The notes under the pieces: generated by a model | Seen by the model: only the letters and a program-made list of their open reading frames with translations | What the model was told of the DNA's origin: nothing | The model's database searches: none | Assembly: GCA_047602405.1 (NCBI GenBank) | Contig: JASGHJ010000001.1 | Location: 1,344,001 to 1,408,000 of the forward strand | Source of the DNA: Anaeromyxobacteraceae bacterium | GTDB lineage: Bacteria; Myxococcota; Myxococcia; Myxococcales; Anaeromyxobacteraceae | Length of the DNA: 64,000 nucleotides | Reading direction: 5' to 3' | In this document: one piece after another, positions 30,236 through 39,448 of the stretch | How the letters are laid out: each line of letters starts with the position of its first letter | Position numbering within the stretch: position 1 is the stretch's first letter | Made by a program: the position numbers and the translations under genes

Positions 30236-32121
30236 GCAGCGGGCACCGTGCCGCTGGCTGCGTCTCCGGAGCCCCCGCCTCCGGGCGCCGTGCTTCCAGG
30301 GACGGCGCCGCCCTCGCCCGCCGGGCCCCGGAGCGCCCGCAGGATCTCCGCGGCGCGCCGCCCGGCGAGCGCGTCGCCGTCGGCGAGCGGCCGGTCGTCG
30401 AGGTCGGTGATCTGCGAGCCCGCGCCCGCGAGCATGCGGACCTTGAGGTCCCGGCCCACGAGCGCGTGGCGGGGCTCCCACCCGACCGTCGAGAGCACGA
30501 ACCGGTCCGGGTGCCGCTCCACGTCCAGCATCGAGATGCCGTCCGACCACCGCGACGGCGGGTTCCCGTCGCCCATCAGGGAGAGCAGCGTCGGCGCGAT
30601 GTCGGCGTGCCCGGTGGGCAGCGCGTGCACGCCCCTCGGGATGCCCGGGCCGGCGATGAAGGCGGGCACCTGGATCTGCTCGCGGGTCACGTCCGAGCCG
30701 TGGCCGAGGTGCCCCTTCTCGCGGAACTCCTCGCCGTGGTCGCCGGTGAAGAGCACGATCGGCTCGCGGCCGCGGTGCTCCGCCACCTCGCGCAGCAGCC
30801 CGTCGAGCTTGCGGTCGAGGGCGTGCGCCGCGTTCCGGGCGCGGTTGCGGATCGCCTCCGACGTCGCCTTCGAGCCGGTGAAGTCGCCCTGGCCGTCCCA
30901 CTCCGGCACGTGGACCACGTCCTCGGCGTCGCGGACGTACTTGAAGTGGGTGCCGTAGAGGAAGACGAACAGGAAGTAGGGCCGGCGGGGGTCGGAGCGC
31001 TGGATGAGCTCGTGCGCGCGCGCGAGCAGGAGCGCGTCGCGGTCCGGCGCGTCGTCGCACCAGGTCTCGACCGGCACGCTCGCGAAGACGGTGGTCTTGA
31101 GGTCCATCCAGTCGACGCAGGACGAGGAGAGGACCTGCACGTCGTAGCCGGCGTGCTGGAGCGCCTCGAAGAGGAGCGGCCGGCGGCCGGAGCCCACGGT
31201 GCCGGACAGCTTCGTCGCCTGGAGCCCGTAGACGATCGAGAAGACCGTGTGGTTCGTGCCGGAGGCCGCCGCGACGTGCAGGTCGAAGCGCGAGCCCTGC
31301 TCCGAGCGCGCCCACATCCTCGGCATGGTCGCGGCGTCGAAGTGCGTCGCCGGCAGGCTCTCCGCGAGCGCCAGCACCACGTCCGGCGTGCGGGTGATCC
31401 TCACCTGCTCCACCGGGAGGAGCGGCGGCAGGCGCTTCGAGGCGCGCTCGTCGGCGTACGGGTCCTTCACCGAGCGGCCGAGCGCTCGCATGACGAGCTT
31501 CTGCATCGAGAGCGGGACCTGCAGCGGCAGGGTCTGGGAGGCCTCCGCGACGGCCTGCCCGCCGAAGACCACCAGCACCGCGCCGTAGACGCGCTCGGCG
31601 GCCACGAGGAGCACGAGCGCGAGCGCGAGCCGCCAGGGGCGGCCGGCGGGGCGCGCGAAGCGGCGGAGGAACCACGCCCCCACGGCGAGCTCGAGGAGCA
31701 CGATGGCGGCGGCGGTGCCGAGGAAGGCGGCCACCACGCCCCCGGGGATGCCGACCTCCGCGAGCGCGTTCGGCTGCAGCGCGACGCGCAGGAAGAAGCC
31801 GTTCAGGTGGAACCGGGTCGCCTCGTAGACGCGGGCGTCGAGCAGGATCCCCACCGTGAAGAGCCCCGCCAGGCCCGGGGCGGCGAGCCGGTAGAGGCGC
31901 GGGAAGGGGGCGAGGGGTAGGGAGAGCGCCCACGCGGCGAGGGCGAGGAAGATCGCGCCCGGCACGAAGATCGGCCAGACCGCCGGGCGGAACGGCTCGG
32001 GGGTGAGGCGCACCGCGTCCGCGATCGCCGGCGCGAAGAGCGCCAGGTACAGCGGGACGTGGAGCAGGCAGTAGGCGAGCGCCGGGGTGCCGAGCCCGGG
32101 ACGCCCTCGAGATTCCGGCAC
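30214..32121 (-). CDS. Membrane-anchored sulfatase-fold protein (YejM/PbgA-like or LTA-synthase-like)
   Basis: About 5 N-terminal TM helices, VVLALAESL, GTNHTVFSIVYG, FTGDHGEEF...GHG, HADIAPT. Confidence 0.75.
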   Translation of the reverse strand: MPESRGRPGLGTPALAYCLLHVPLYLALFAPAIADAVRLTPEPFRPAVWPIFVPGAIFLALAAWALSLPLAPFPRLYRLAAPGLAGLFTVGILLDARVYEATRFHLNGFFLRVALQPNALAEVGIPGGVVAAFLGTAAAIVLLELAVGAWFLRRFARPAGRPWRLALALVLLVAAERVYGAVLVVFGGQAVAEASQTLPLQVPLSMQKLVMRALGRSVKDPYADERASKRLPPLLPVEQVRITRTPDVVLALAESLPATHFDAATMPRMWARSEQGSRFDLHVAAASGTNHTVFSIVYGLQATKLSGTVGSGRRPLLFEALQHAGYDVQVLSSSCVDWMDLKTTVFASVPVETWCDDAPDRDALLLARAHELIQRSDPRRPYFLFVFLYGTHFKYVRDAEDVVHVPEWDGQGDFTGSKATSEAIRNRARNAAHALDRKLDGLLREVAEHRGREPIVLFTGDHGEEFREKGHLGHGSDVTREQIQVPAFIAGPGIPRGVHALPTGHADIAPTLLSLMGDGNPPSRWSDGISMLDVERHPDRFVLSTVGWEPRHALVGRDLKVRMLAGAGSQITDLDDRPLADGDALAGRRAAEILRALRGPAGEGGAVPGSTAPGGGGSGDAASGTVPAAQAAGGK

Positions 32122-32175
32122 GCGGGCGGGAACCTAACCCGACAGGAGGGTGACTCGCCAGCCCGGGGGGCCCGC

Positions 32176-33180
32176 TCAGGGCCGCCCCGCGCGCGCCGCG
32201 GCCTCGAAGAGGCGGATCGCGTCGCGGCGGGTGGAGAGGCCGAGCTTCGCGAGCGCCCGCCGGAGGTGGGTCGCCACGGTGGTGGTCGAGAGGCCGAGCG
32301 CGTAGCCGACGTACTTGTTGCCGTGGCCCTGGGCCACGTAGGCGAGGACGTCGCGCTCGCGCGCGGTGAGGGCCCGCGGGTCGCGGACGCCGGGCGGGTT
32401 GTGGCGCGCCAGCACGACGCGGCGGCCGTCCGCCTCCACGTGGTCGACGAGCGACCAGCGCCCGTCCACGAGCCCCTGCCAGAGCCCGAGCGCCTCGTCG
32501 GGCTCGGTCCGGCGCAGCCGGCCCCGGGCGCGCTCGAGCTTCAGCACCGCGCCGGCGAGGCTCGCCCGTGCGTCCTTCGCCTTCGCCTCGCCCTCGGCGT
32601 GCGCGACCTTGCCGGAGGGATCGAGCACCGCGTCCGGGGCGGGCGCCTCGAGGGCCCCGGTCGCGTACGACCGCAGGCGCCGGGCCACGGCGAGGTGGGC
32701 CGCGACGAGCGAGAGCCGGTGCGCGAGCCTGGGCGAGAGGCGGATCGGGCTCGCCGAGGGCAGCGTCACCTGGACGGCGTGGCCCGCGGGGTCGAGGCCC
32801 ATGATCCCGAGGACGTCCTGGATCCCCATCGCCCGCGACAGCTCGACCGGCGTGTCGGCGGTGGGCGCGCGGCGGCGGCGGATCCGCAGGAGCTGGGTGT
32901 CGACCGGCGGCACCGGCTCGAACCAGGCGCGGAGCGTCTCCTGGGGCAGGTCCTGCCAGACCGCCTGCATCCGCTCGATCAGGCCCGGCGGCTGATCCAG
33001 CGACGCGCCGGCGAGCTTCGTCGGGCGCCAGCCCTCGAGGTCGAAGCTCACCGCGGTGATGCCGAAGCCCCGCGCCAGCGGCTGGAAGGCCTCGGCGATC
33101 CGGCGGAGCCACGCCTCGTCCTCCGCGGTGGCCGCGTAGGCTGCCTCGATCACCTGGAGCGGATCGAACCGGGCGCTCAA
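32176..33180 (-). CDS. LuxR-HTH transcriptional regulator, paralog 1
   Basis: LTARERDVL...GHGNKYVGYALGLSTTTVATHL; WQGLVDGRWSLVD. Confidence 0.85.
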   Translation of the reverse strand: MSARFDPLQVIEAAYAATAEDEAWLRRIAEAFQPLARGFGITAVSFDLEGWRPTKLAGASLDQPPGLIERMQAVWQDLPQETLRAWFEPVPPVDTQLLRIRRRRAPTADTPVELSRAMGIQDVLGIMGLDPAGHAVQVTLPSASPIRLSPRLAHRLSLVAAHLAVARRLRSYATGALEAPAPDAVLDPSGKVAHAEGEAKAKDARASLAGAVLKLERARGRLRRTEPDEALGLWQGLVDGRWSLVDHVEADGRRVVLARHNPPGVRDPRALTARERDVLAYVAQGHGNKYVGYALGLSTTTVATHLRRALAKLGLSTRRDAIRLFEAAARAGRP

Positions 33181-34169
33181 GACCGTCCCTCGACGCTCGC
33201 GGCCTCGAAGAGGCGGATGGCGTCGCGGCGGGTGGAGAGGCCGAGCTTCGCGAGCGCGCGGCGCAGGTGGGTCGCGACGGTGGTCGCCGAGAGCCCGAGC
33301 GCGTAGGCGACGTGCTTGTTGCCGTGGCCCTGCGCGACGTGGGCGAGCACGTCGCGCTCGCGCGCCGTGAGCGCGCGCGGATCGCGGACGCCCGCCGGGT
33401 TCCGGCGCGCCAGGATCACCCGGCGCCCGTCGGCCTCGACGTGATCGACGAGCGACCAGCGGCCGTCCACGAGGCCGCGCCAGAGCGCGAGCGCCGCGTC
33501 GGGATCCTCGCGCCGGAGCCGGCCGCGGGCCCGCTCGGCGCGGACGACCGCCGCGGCGAGCCCCTCGCGCGCGGCGCGGGCGCGGGCCTCGCCCTCGGCG
33601 TGCTGCACGCGGCCGGACGGGTCGAGCACCGCCTCGGCGCCGAGGCCGGCCGCGGCGCGCAGCCGGCGGGCGGCGGCCAGGTGGGCGGCGACGAGGCCGA
33701 GCCGGTGCTGCGCGCGCGGGGAGAGGTGCACCGTCGTCCGCGACGGCATCGAGACCTGGACGCCATGGCCGGCGGGATCGAGGCCGAGGACCGCCACCAT
33801 GTCGGTGGCACCGGACGCCTCCGAGAGGCGGGCGGGGCTCCGCTCACGCGAGGTGCCGGTGCGGCGCATGCGGGCGAGCAGCGTGTCCACCGGCGGGACC
33901 GGCTCGAACCACTCGCGCAGGACCTCCGGCGGCGCGCGATCCCAGAACGCGAGGATCGCGTCCTCGGGCGGGTCGCTCAGCCCGCCGGCGCCGGCCACCA
34001 CGCCGTGGGTCATCCGCCCCTGCTCGATCACGAAGCTCGCCGCGAGCACGCCCGGCCCCCGGTCGAGCGGCGCGAACGCCTCGGCGATCCCGAGGAGCCA
34101 CGCGCGGTCGCCCGGCGCGCTCGCGTAGGCGGCCTCGAGCACGCGCAGGGGATCGAAGGGGGCGGCCAC
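33177..34169 (-). CDS. LuxR-HTH transcriptional regulator, paralog 2
   Basis: Same architecture with a near-identical C-terminus; TAGGAT -10 element 6 nt upstream of the GTG. Confidence 0.85.
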   Translation of the reverse strand: MAAPFDPLRVLEAAYASAPGDRAWLLGIAEAFAPLDRGPGVLAASFVIEQGRMTHGVVAGAGGLSDPPEDAILAFWDRAPPEVLREWFEPVPPVDTLLARMRRTGTSRERSPARLSEASGATDMVAVLGLDPAGHGVQVSMPSRTTVHLSPRAQHRLGLVAAHLAAARRLRAAAGLGAEAVLDPSGRVQHAEGEARARAAREGLAAAVVRAERARGRLRREDPDAALALWRGLVDGRWSLVDHVEADGRRVILARRNPAGVRDPRALTARERDVLAHVAQGHGNKHVAYALGLSATTVATHLRRALAKLGLSTRRDAIRLFEAASVEGRS

Positions 34170-34319
34170 CCGGGCATCCTATGCCCGGCGCCGGAAAGAC
34201 GGCGGTTCTCGGCTATCCCTCGGCCAATTGACCACCGTACGCTGGGTCCGGGACGAGCCCCGGTCTCGGCGCGACTTGACGCTGCGCACGGGTGGGTGGG
34301 GACTCGCCCGGACCCGAGG

Positions 34320-35954
34320 TCAGGCCGAGGTGCGCACCACCACGCCGACGGCGGACTCGAGGTAGTTGTACTCAGGGTGAACACGCTCGGCGGTGCGCAG
34401 CGCCCACTCTCGGTCGAAGAGCACCACCACCCGGTCGCGCACGTCGAGCACCACGTGGCCCTCCACCGCGCTGCCGAGCGCGTCGAGGTCCACCGGCGCG
34501 CCGTCCGCGCGCTGGATCCACCGGGCGAGCTGCCAGGGGACGGGCTCGAGGATCACGTCCACGCCGTACTCCGACTCGAGCCGGTACTTCGCCACCTCGA
34601 ACTGCAGCTGGCCCAGCGCGCCGAGCACGAGATCCCCGGCCCGCCCCGCGGGCGGCCGGTAGAGCTGGATGGTGCCCTCCTTCGCGAGCTGCTCGATGCC
34701 GGAGGCGAACTGCTTGCGGCGCAGCGGGTCCTTCAGGAGCAGGCGGCCGAAGCGCTCGGGGGCGAAGCTCGGGATGCCCTCGAAGCTGAAGCGCGAGCCG
34801 CCGGTGAGGGTGTCGCCGATCTCGTAGGTCCCGGGGTCGAACACACCGACCACGTCCCCCGCCCAGGCGTCGTCGACCACGCTGCGCTCGCGGGCCAGGA
34901 ACTGGGTCGGGTTCGCGAGCCGCACCTCCTTGCCGGACCTGACGTGGAGCACCTTCATGCCCCGCGTCATCTTGCCCGAGCAGATGCGGACGAACGCGAC
35001 CCGGTCGCGGTGCGCCTTGTCCATGTTCGCCTGGATCTTGAACACGAACCCGGAGAACTCGTCGCGGGTGGGCTCGACGGGCCCCTGGTCGCTCTCGCGG
35101 GCCCGGGGCGGCGGCTGCAGGTCGGCGAAGGTCTCGAGGAACGCCTCGAGGCCGAAGTTGTTCACCGCCGAGCCGAAGAACATCGGCGAGAGGTCGCCGC
35201 GCAGGAACTTCTCGTGGTCGAACGCGTCGCCGGCGAGCTCGAGCAGCTCCGCGTCGTGCCGCAGCTGCGCGGCGCCCTTCTCGCCCAGCTCCTCCAGCAC
35301 GAGCGGGTCGTCGATGCCGGTGACCTCCACCGGCGGGCGCTCGGCGCCGACGCCCGAGGACGACGAGGCGTGCGCGGCGTCGAAGAGGTACACGCGCTTC
35401 GCGACGCGGTGGTAGACGCCGCGGAAGACGTGGTCCCGGAAGATGGGCCAGGTGATCGGGTAGACGCCGATCCCGAGCACGCTCTCCACCTCGCCGATGA
35501 GCTCGAACGGCTCCCGGCCCGGTCGGTCGAGCTTGTTCACGAAGGTGAAGATCGGGATCTCCCGGTGCTTGCAGACGCGGAAGAGCTTCTTCGTCTGCGC
35601 CTCGACGCCCTTCGCCGAGTCGAGCAGCATCACCGCGCCGTCCACCGCGTGCAGCGTGCGGTAGGTGTCCTCCGAGAAGTCGGCGTGGCCGGGGGTGTCG
35701 AGGAGGTTCAGCTGCAGCCCGCGGTAGGGGAACTGCATCACCGAGGTGGTGATGGAGATGCCGCGCTCGCGCTCCATCTCCATCCAGTCCGACACCGCCG
35801 AGGCGCGGCCGCGCTTCGCCTTGACCGCCCCGGCGAGCTGGATGACGCCGCCGTAGAGGAGCAGCTTCTCGGTGAGCGTCGTCTTGCCCGCGTCCGGGTG
35901 CGAGATGATCGCGAAGGTGCGCCGGCGGGCGCTCTCGTGGGCGAGGATCGTCAT
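34320..35954 (-). CDS. prfC: Peptide chain release factor 3
   Basis: RRRTFAIISHPDAGKTTLTEKLL, SDWMEMERERGISI, DTPGHADFSEDTYR, FKIQANMD..HRDR. Confidence 0.97.
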   Translation of the reverse strand: MTILAHESARRRTFAIISHPDAGKTTLTEKLLLYGGVIQLAGAVKAKRGRASAVSDWMEMERERGISITTSVMQFPYRGLQLNLLDTPGHADFSEDTYRTLHAVDGAVMLLDSAKGVEAQTKKLFRVCKHREIPIFTFVNKLDRPGREPFELIGEVESVLGIGVYPITWPIFRDHVFRGVYHRVAKRVYLFDAAHASSSSGVGAERPPVEVTGIDDPLVLEELGEKGAAQLRHDAELLELAGDAFDHEKFLRGDLSPMFFGSAVNNFGLEAFLETFADLQPPPRARESDQGPVEPTRDEFSGFVFKIQANMDKAHRDRVAFVRICSGKMTRGMKVLHVRSGKEVRLANPTQFLARERSVVDDAWAGDVVGVFDPGTYEIGDTLTGGSRFSFEGIPSFAPERFGRLLLKDPLRRKQFASGIEQLAKEGTIQLYRPPAGRAGDLVLGALGQLQFEVAKYRLESEYGVDVILEPVPWQLARWIQRADGAPVDLDALGSAVEGHVVLDVRDRVVVLFDREWALRTAERVHPEYNYLESAVGVVVRTSA

Positions 35955-36005
35955 GTGCTGGAGGCCTGTTCCTTGAGCGGCGCCGCGCTGGCGACGCCGG
36001 AGGTT

Positions 36006-36437
36006 CTACCCCGGCTTGCCCAGGGTGCGCAGCCTGAGGAGGGTGCGGCCGCACTGGGGGCACGCCGGATCCCCGGGGTGGTCCGTCCAGAGCTCGCAGG
36101 CCGGGCAGGCGAAACGGACCGGCGCGCCGTTCGCGCCGGGCTGCTCGTCGGCGGCCGGGAAGACCACCGCGAAGGCCGCCTGCATCGAGGCCATGTACTC
36201 GTAGCGGGCCTGCGGGGTGACGTCGTCGAGCATGACCCCGCGGTGGAAGGTGCGGCCGTTCACGGTCACCGGCGGGGTCGCCTCGAGCGCCGCGAGCTCC
36301 TCGGGCTTCCGCCGCGGCCAGGGCATGTCCGCGAACCAGCGCGCCTTGAACCCGGACCACTGCGGGAGCGTGCGCACCTGCGCGAGCTCCCGGTGGAAGG
36401 CGTCCAGGTCGCGGACGAAGGCGGGCTCGAAGGGCAT
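36006..36437 (-). CDS. Hypothetical protein with a C-terminal zinc ribbon (CPAC...CPQC)
   Basis: 143 aa from ATG 36437; two CxxC motifs; co-oriented upstream of prfC. Confidence 0.65.
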   Translation of the reverse strand: MPFEPAFVRDLDAFHRELAQVRTLPQWSGFKARWFADMPWPRRKPEELAALEATPPVTVNGRTFHRGVMLDDVTPQARYEYMASMQAAFAVVFPAADEQPGANGAPVRFACPACELWTDHPGDPACPQCGRTLLRLRTLGKPG

Positions 36438-36486
36438 GGCGGGCGCATCTTGCGCCGGCGGCCCCGTCCGGGCAAGAAGAGCGGGC

Positions 36487-37074
36487 ATGGCAGACGACCG
36501 GTTCGAGCAGGCGTACCAGGCGGGCGGCGCCGCGTGGGACATCGGGCGCCCGCAGGGCGCCATCGTGCGGCTCGCGGAGGCGGGAGAGATCCGCGGCACG
36601 GTGCTCGACGTCGGCTGCGGCACGGGCGAGAACGCGCTGTACCTCGCGTCGCGCGGCCGCCCGGTCCTCGGCATCGACCTCTCGCAGACGGCGATCGCCA
36701 CCGCGCAGCAGAAGGCCGCCGCCCGCGGCCTGCAGGCGACCTTCCGCGTCCACGACGCGCTCCGGCTCACGAAGCTCCGCTGGCGCTTCGAGACCGCCAT
36801 CGACGTCGGCTTCTTCCACACGCTCGGGGACGAGCAGCGGCGGCCCTACGCGATGGAGCTGTGCGACGCGCTCGGGGCGGGCAGCGTGCTCCACATCCTG
36901 TGCTTCTCGGACGAGGAGCCGCCCGGCCCCGGGCCGCGCCGGGTGGAGGAGTACGACATCCGCGCGACCTTCCGCTCGCTCTTCGCCATGGTGAGGGTCG
37001 AGCGGGCCGAGTTCGAGACGAACCGGCCCGAGGGCAACGCGAAGGCCTGGCTCGCGACGCTGCAGAGGATCTAG
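36487..37074 (+). CDS. Class I SAM-dependent methyltransferase
   Basis: WDIGRPQ, VLDVGCGTGENA, DVGFFH. Confidence 0.9.
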   Translation: MADDRFEQAYQAGGAAWDIGRPQGAIVRLAEAGEIRGTVLDVGCGTGENALYLASRGRPVLGIDLSQTAIATAQQKAAARGLQATFRVHDALRLTKLRWRFETAIDVGFFHTLGDEQRRPYAMELCDALGAGSVLHILCFSDEEPPGPGPRRVEEYDIRATFRSLFAMVRVERAEFETNRPEGNAKAWLATLQRI

Positions 37075-37784
37075 AGGCCCTGCGGCACGGCGGTCTTCGA
37101 GGTCCCCTCCCACGCCGCCCCGAACGCGCGGGCCTGGCGGGCGCGGAACGCCTCGCGCGCGGCGGGCAGCCGCTCGCGCAGCGGCGCGGGCAGCCCGGCG
37201 AAGACCCGCTCGAGCACCTCGTCCGCGACGCCCTGCGAGCTCCACGCGAAGCCCTCCGCGTACATCGCGAGCTCCGCCTCGCCGGGGATGGGCATCTCGA
37301 GGGAGGTGTCGGCCCGGAGCTCCGGGATGATCGAGGCCTCCTCGGCGGCGAGGTGCGCGTCGAGGAGCCTCCGCAGCTCCCTCACGACCGCCTCCGCCTC
37401 GGCGCGCGCGTCCGGCGCGGGCAGCCGCGGGAACGCCGCGTCGCCGCGGGCGAGCACGGGGTCGATCGCCCGGTGGTCGATGGAGAGGTTCGTGATGAAC
37501 GGCGCGAGCCCGGGCGCGCGCGACAGCAGCATCGGGAAGAGGCCCGCGTCCTCGGCCGTGTGGTGGCCGTGCAGGGTCTGGTGGAACTTCCCCCACTCCT
37601 CGGCGAGGGCCGCGCCGCGCGCGGCGTCCGCGGGGCCGAGCGCGGGCAGCGCGCGGGCGAAGAGCGCGAGGTCCCGGCGCATGCCGAGGTGGGACATCAT
37701 GACCATCGTCGCGACCGAGGGGGTGCCCGAGGCGTCGAGGAGGCTCGGGGCGAACGCGGTGTGGGCGGGGCCGGGCTGGATCAT
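37071..37784 (-). CDS. Hemerythrin/HHE cation-binding domain protein
   Basis: H.GMRRD, LHGHHTAED..LFP, DHRAID, HLAAEE. Confidence 0.82.
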   Translation of the reverse strand: MIQPGPAHTAFAPSLLDASGTPSVATMVMMSHLGMRRDLALFARALPALGPADAARGAALAEEWGKFHQTLHGHHTAEDAGLFPMLLSRAPGLAPFITNLSIDHRAIDPVLARGDAAFPRLPAPDARAEAEAVVRELRRLLDAHLAAEEASIIPELRADTSLEMPIPGEAELAMYAEGFAWSSQGVADEVLERVFAGLPAPLRERLPAAREAFRARQARAFGAAWEGTSKTAVPQGL

Positions 37785-37796
37785 GGCCGCTCTCCT

Positions 37797-38235
37797 CTAA
37801 CCGCGGGCGTGCGCCGGGTCCATCCACATCACCTCCCAGTGGTGGCCGTCGGGGTCGAGGAAGCTCCAGCCGTACATGAACCCGTGGTCGACCGGATCCA
37901 TCGCGTGGCCGCCGCCGCTCGCGATGGCGCGCTTCACGAGGTCGTCCACCTCGGCCCGGCTCTCGCACGAGAGGGCGTAGAGCGCGGCGGTCTCGCGGGT
38001 GGGATCGCCGGTGGGCCGCTTCGTGAAGGTCCGGAAGAAGGGCTCGGAGAGGAGCATCACGAAGGCCTGCGGGGAGACGATCATGCAGGCGGCCTTCTCG
38101 TCCGTGAAGCGCGGCTCGAAGGTGAAGCCGAGCGCGCCGAAGAAGGTCATCGAGCGGGCGAGATCCTTCACGGGGAGGTTGAGGAAGAAGCAGGCGGGGA
38201 GCGGGCTGGGGGGTCGGGGCGGGCAGGACGGACAT
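37797..38235 (-). CDS. VOC/glyoxalase family protein, about 145 aa, +1 frameshift at about 38188
   Basis: FLNLPVKDL..S..FF.ALGF, DHGFMYGWSFLDPDGHHWE; ATG 38235 with SD GGAGG is in frame only if one base is removed near 38188. Confidence 0.8.
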
Positions 38236-38341
38236 GGGGGGCCTCCGTGGCGGCGACGTTCATGACCTGGGACGGCGCGTCCCGCCCGATCTCATCGGCC
38301 TCCCCCCGGAGGAACCGCCGCTGGGGTAACATCCGCCGCTC

Positions 38342-39421
38342 ATGCGCGGCACCCTCCGTCACTTCCAGGGCTCGCTCGCCGTCACGGTCGGCGGCCTCGC
38401 GCTCGGCGCGTGGCTCGGCTGGAACCAGGGCCGCGGCTGGGCCGGGGTCGGCGCGACGGTGTTCATCGTGGCGGTGCTCGCGGTCCTCGAGATCTCGATC
38501 TCGTTCGACAACGCGGTCGTGAACGCGACGGTGCTGAAGACCATGACGCCGGTCTGGCGCCACCGCTTCCTCACCTGGGGCATCGCGATCGCGGTCTTCG
38601 GGATGCGGCTCGTGTTCCCGCTCCTCGTGGTGAGCACGGTGGCGCGCATGAGCCCCGCCGAGGCCCTGCGCCTCGCGCTCGTCGATCCGCCCGAGTACGC
38701 GCGCATCCTCGGCTCCGCCCACCACCTCCTCGGCGCGTTCGGCGGGACGTTCCTCGGGCTCGTCTGCCTCCGGTTCTTCTTCAACTCGGAGAAGGACGTC
38801 CACTGGATCCGCTGGCTCGAGCGGCGGCTCGCGAAGCTCGGCCGGATCCGCGCGGTCGAGCTCGGGCTGATGCTGGTGGTGGTGCTCGTCTTCTCGCAGT
38901 ACGTCGGGGACGCCGAGGACCACGCCTTCCTCGCCGCCGGCGTGCTCGGGGTGATCACCTACATCGCGGTCGACGGCTTCGGCGCGATCATGGAGCAGTT
39001 CTCCGAGAACGCCGGGAACGTGGTCCGCGCCGGCTTCGCGAGCTTCCTCTACCTCGAGGTGCTCGACGCGAGCTTCTCGTTCGACGGCGTGATCGGCGCC
39101 TTCGCGCTCACGAACGACCTCCTCGTCATCACCATCGGCCTCGGCATCGGCGCGATGTTCGTGCGCAGCCTGACGGTCATGCTCGTCGAGCGCGAGGCGT
39201 TCGACTCGTTCCGGTACCTCGAGCACGGCGCGTTCTGGGCCATCGGCGCGCTCGCGATCCTGATGTTCGCCGGCGTGGTGGTGGACGTGCCCGAGGTCGT
39301 GACCGGCCTCGTGGGCGCGGTGCTCATCGGCCTGTCGCTCTGGTCGTCGGTCCGGTACCAGGCGCGCCAGGAGAAGAAGCGCCTCGGGACGCCGCCGGGC
39401 TCGTCGAACGGCGCTGGCTAG
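38342..39421 (+). CDS. DUF475 family integral membrane protein (TerC-related)
   Basis: LEISISFDNAVVNA, LYLEVLDASFSFDGVIGAFA, YLEHGA. Confidence 0.88.
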   Translation: MRGTLRHFQGSLAVTVGGLALGAWLGWNQGRGWAGVGATVFIVAVLAVLEISISFDNAVVNATVLKTMTPVWRHRFLTWGIAIAVFGMRLVFPLLVVSTVARMSPAEALRLALVDPPEYARILGSAHHLLGAFGGTFLGLVCLRFFFNSEKDVHWIRWLERRLAKLGRIRAVELGLMLVVVLVFSQYVGDAEDHAFLAAGVLGVITYIAVDGFGAIMEQFSENAGNVVRAGFASFLYLEVLDASFSFDGVIGAFALTNDLLVITIGLGIGAMFVRSLTVMLVEREAFDSFRYLEHGAFWAIGALAILMFAGVVVDVPEVVTGLVGAVLIGLSLWSSVRYQARQEKKRLGTPPGSSNGAG

Positions 39422-39448
39422 TCGAACGGCGCTGGTCAGTCGAACGGC
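39403..39448. repeat. 18-bp tandem repeat (2.5 copies) spanning convergent stop codons
   Basis: GTCGAACGGCGCTGGCTA / GTCGAACGGCGCTGGTCA / GTCGAACGGC. Confidence 0.85.

Noticed and set aside
39403..39448. CRISPR-like array
   Set aside because: Contiguous 18-bp units with no spacers, and no cas genes in the window
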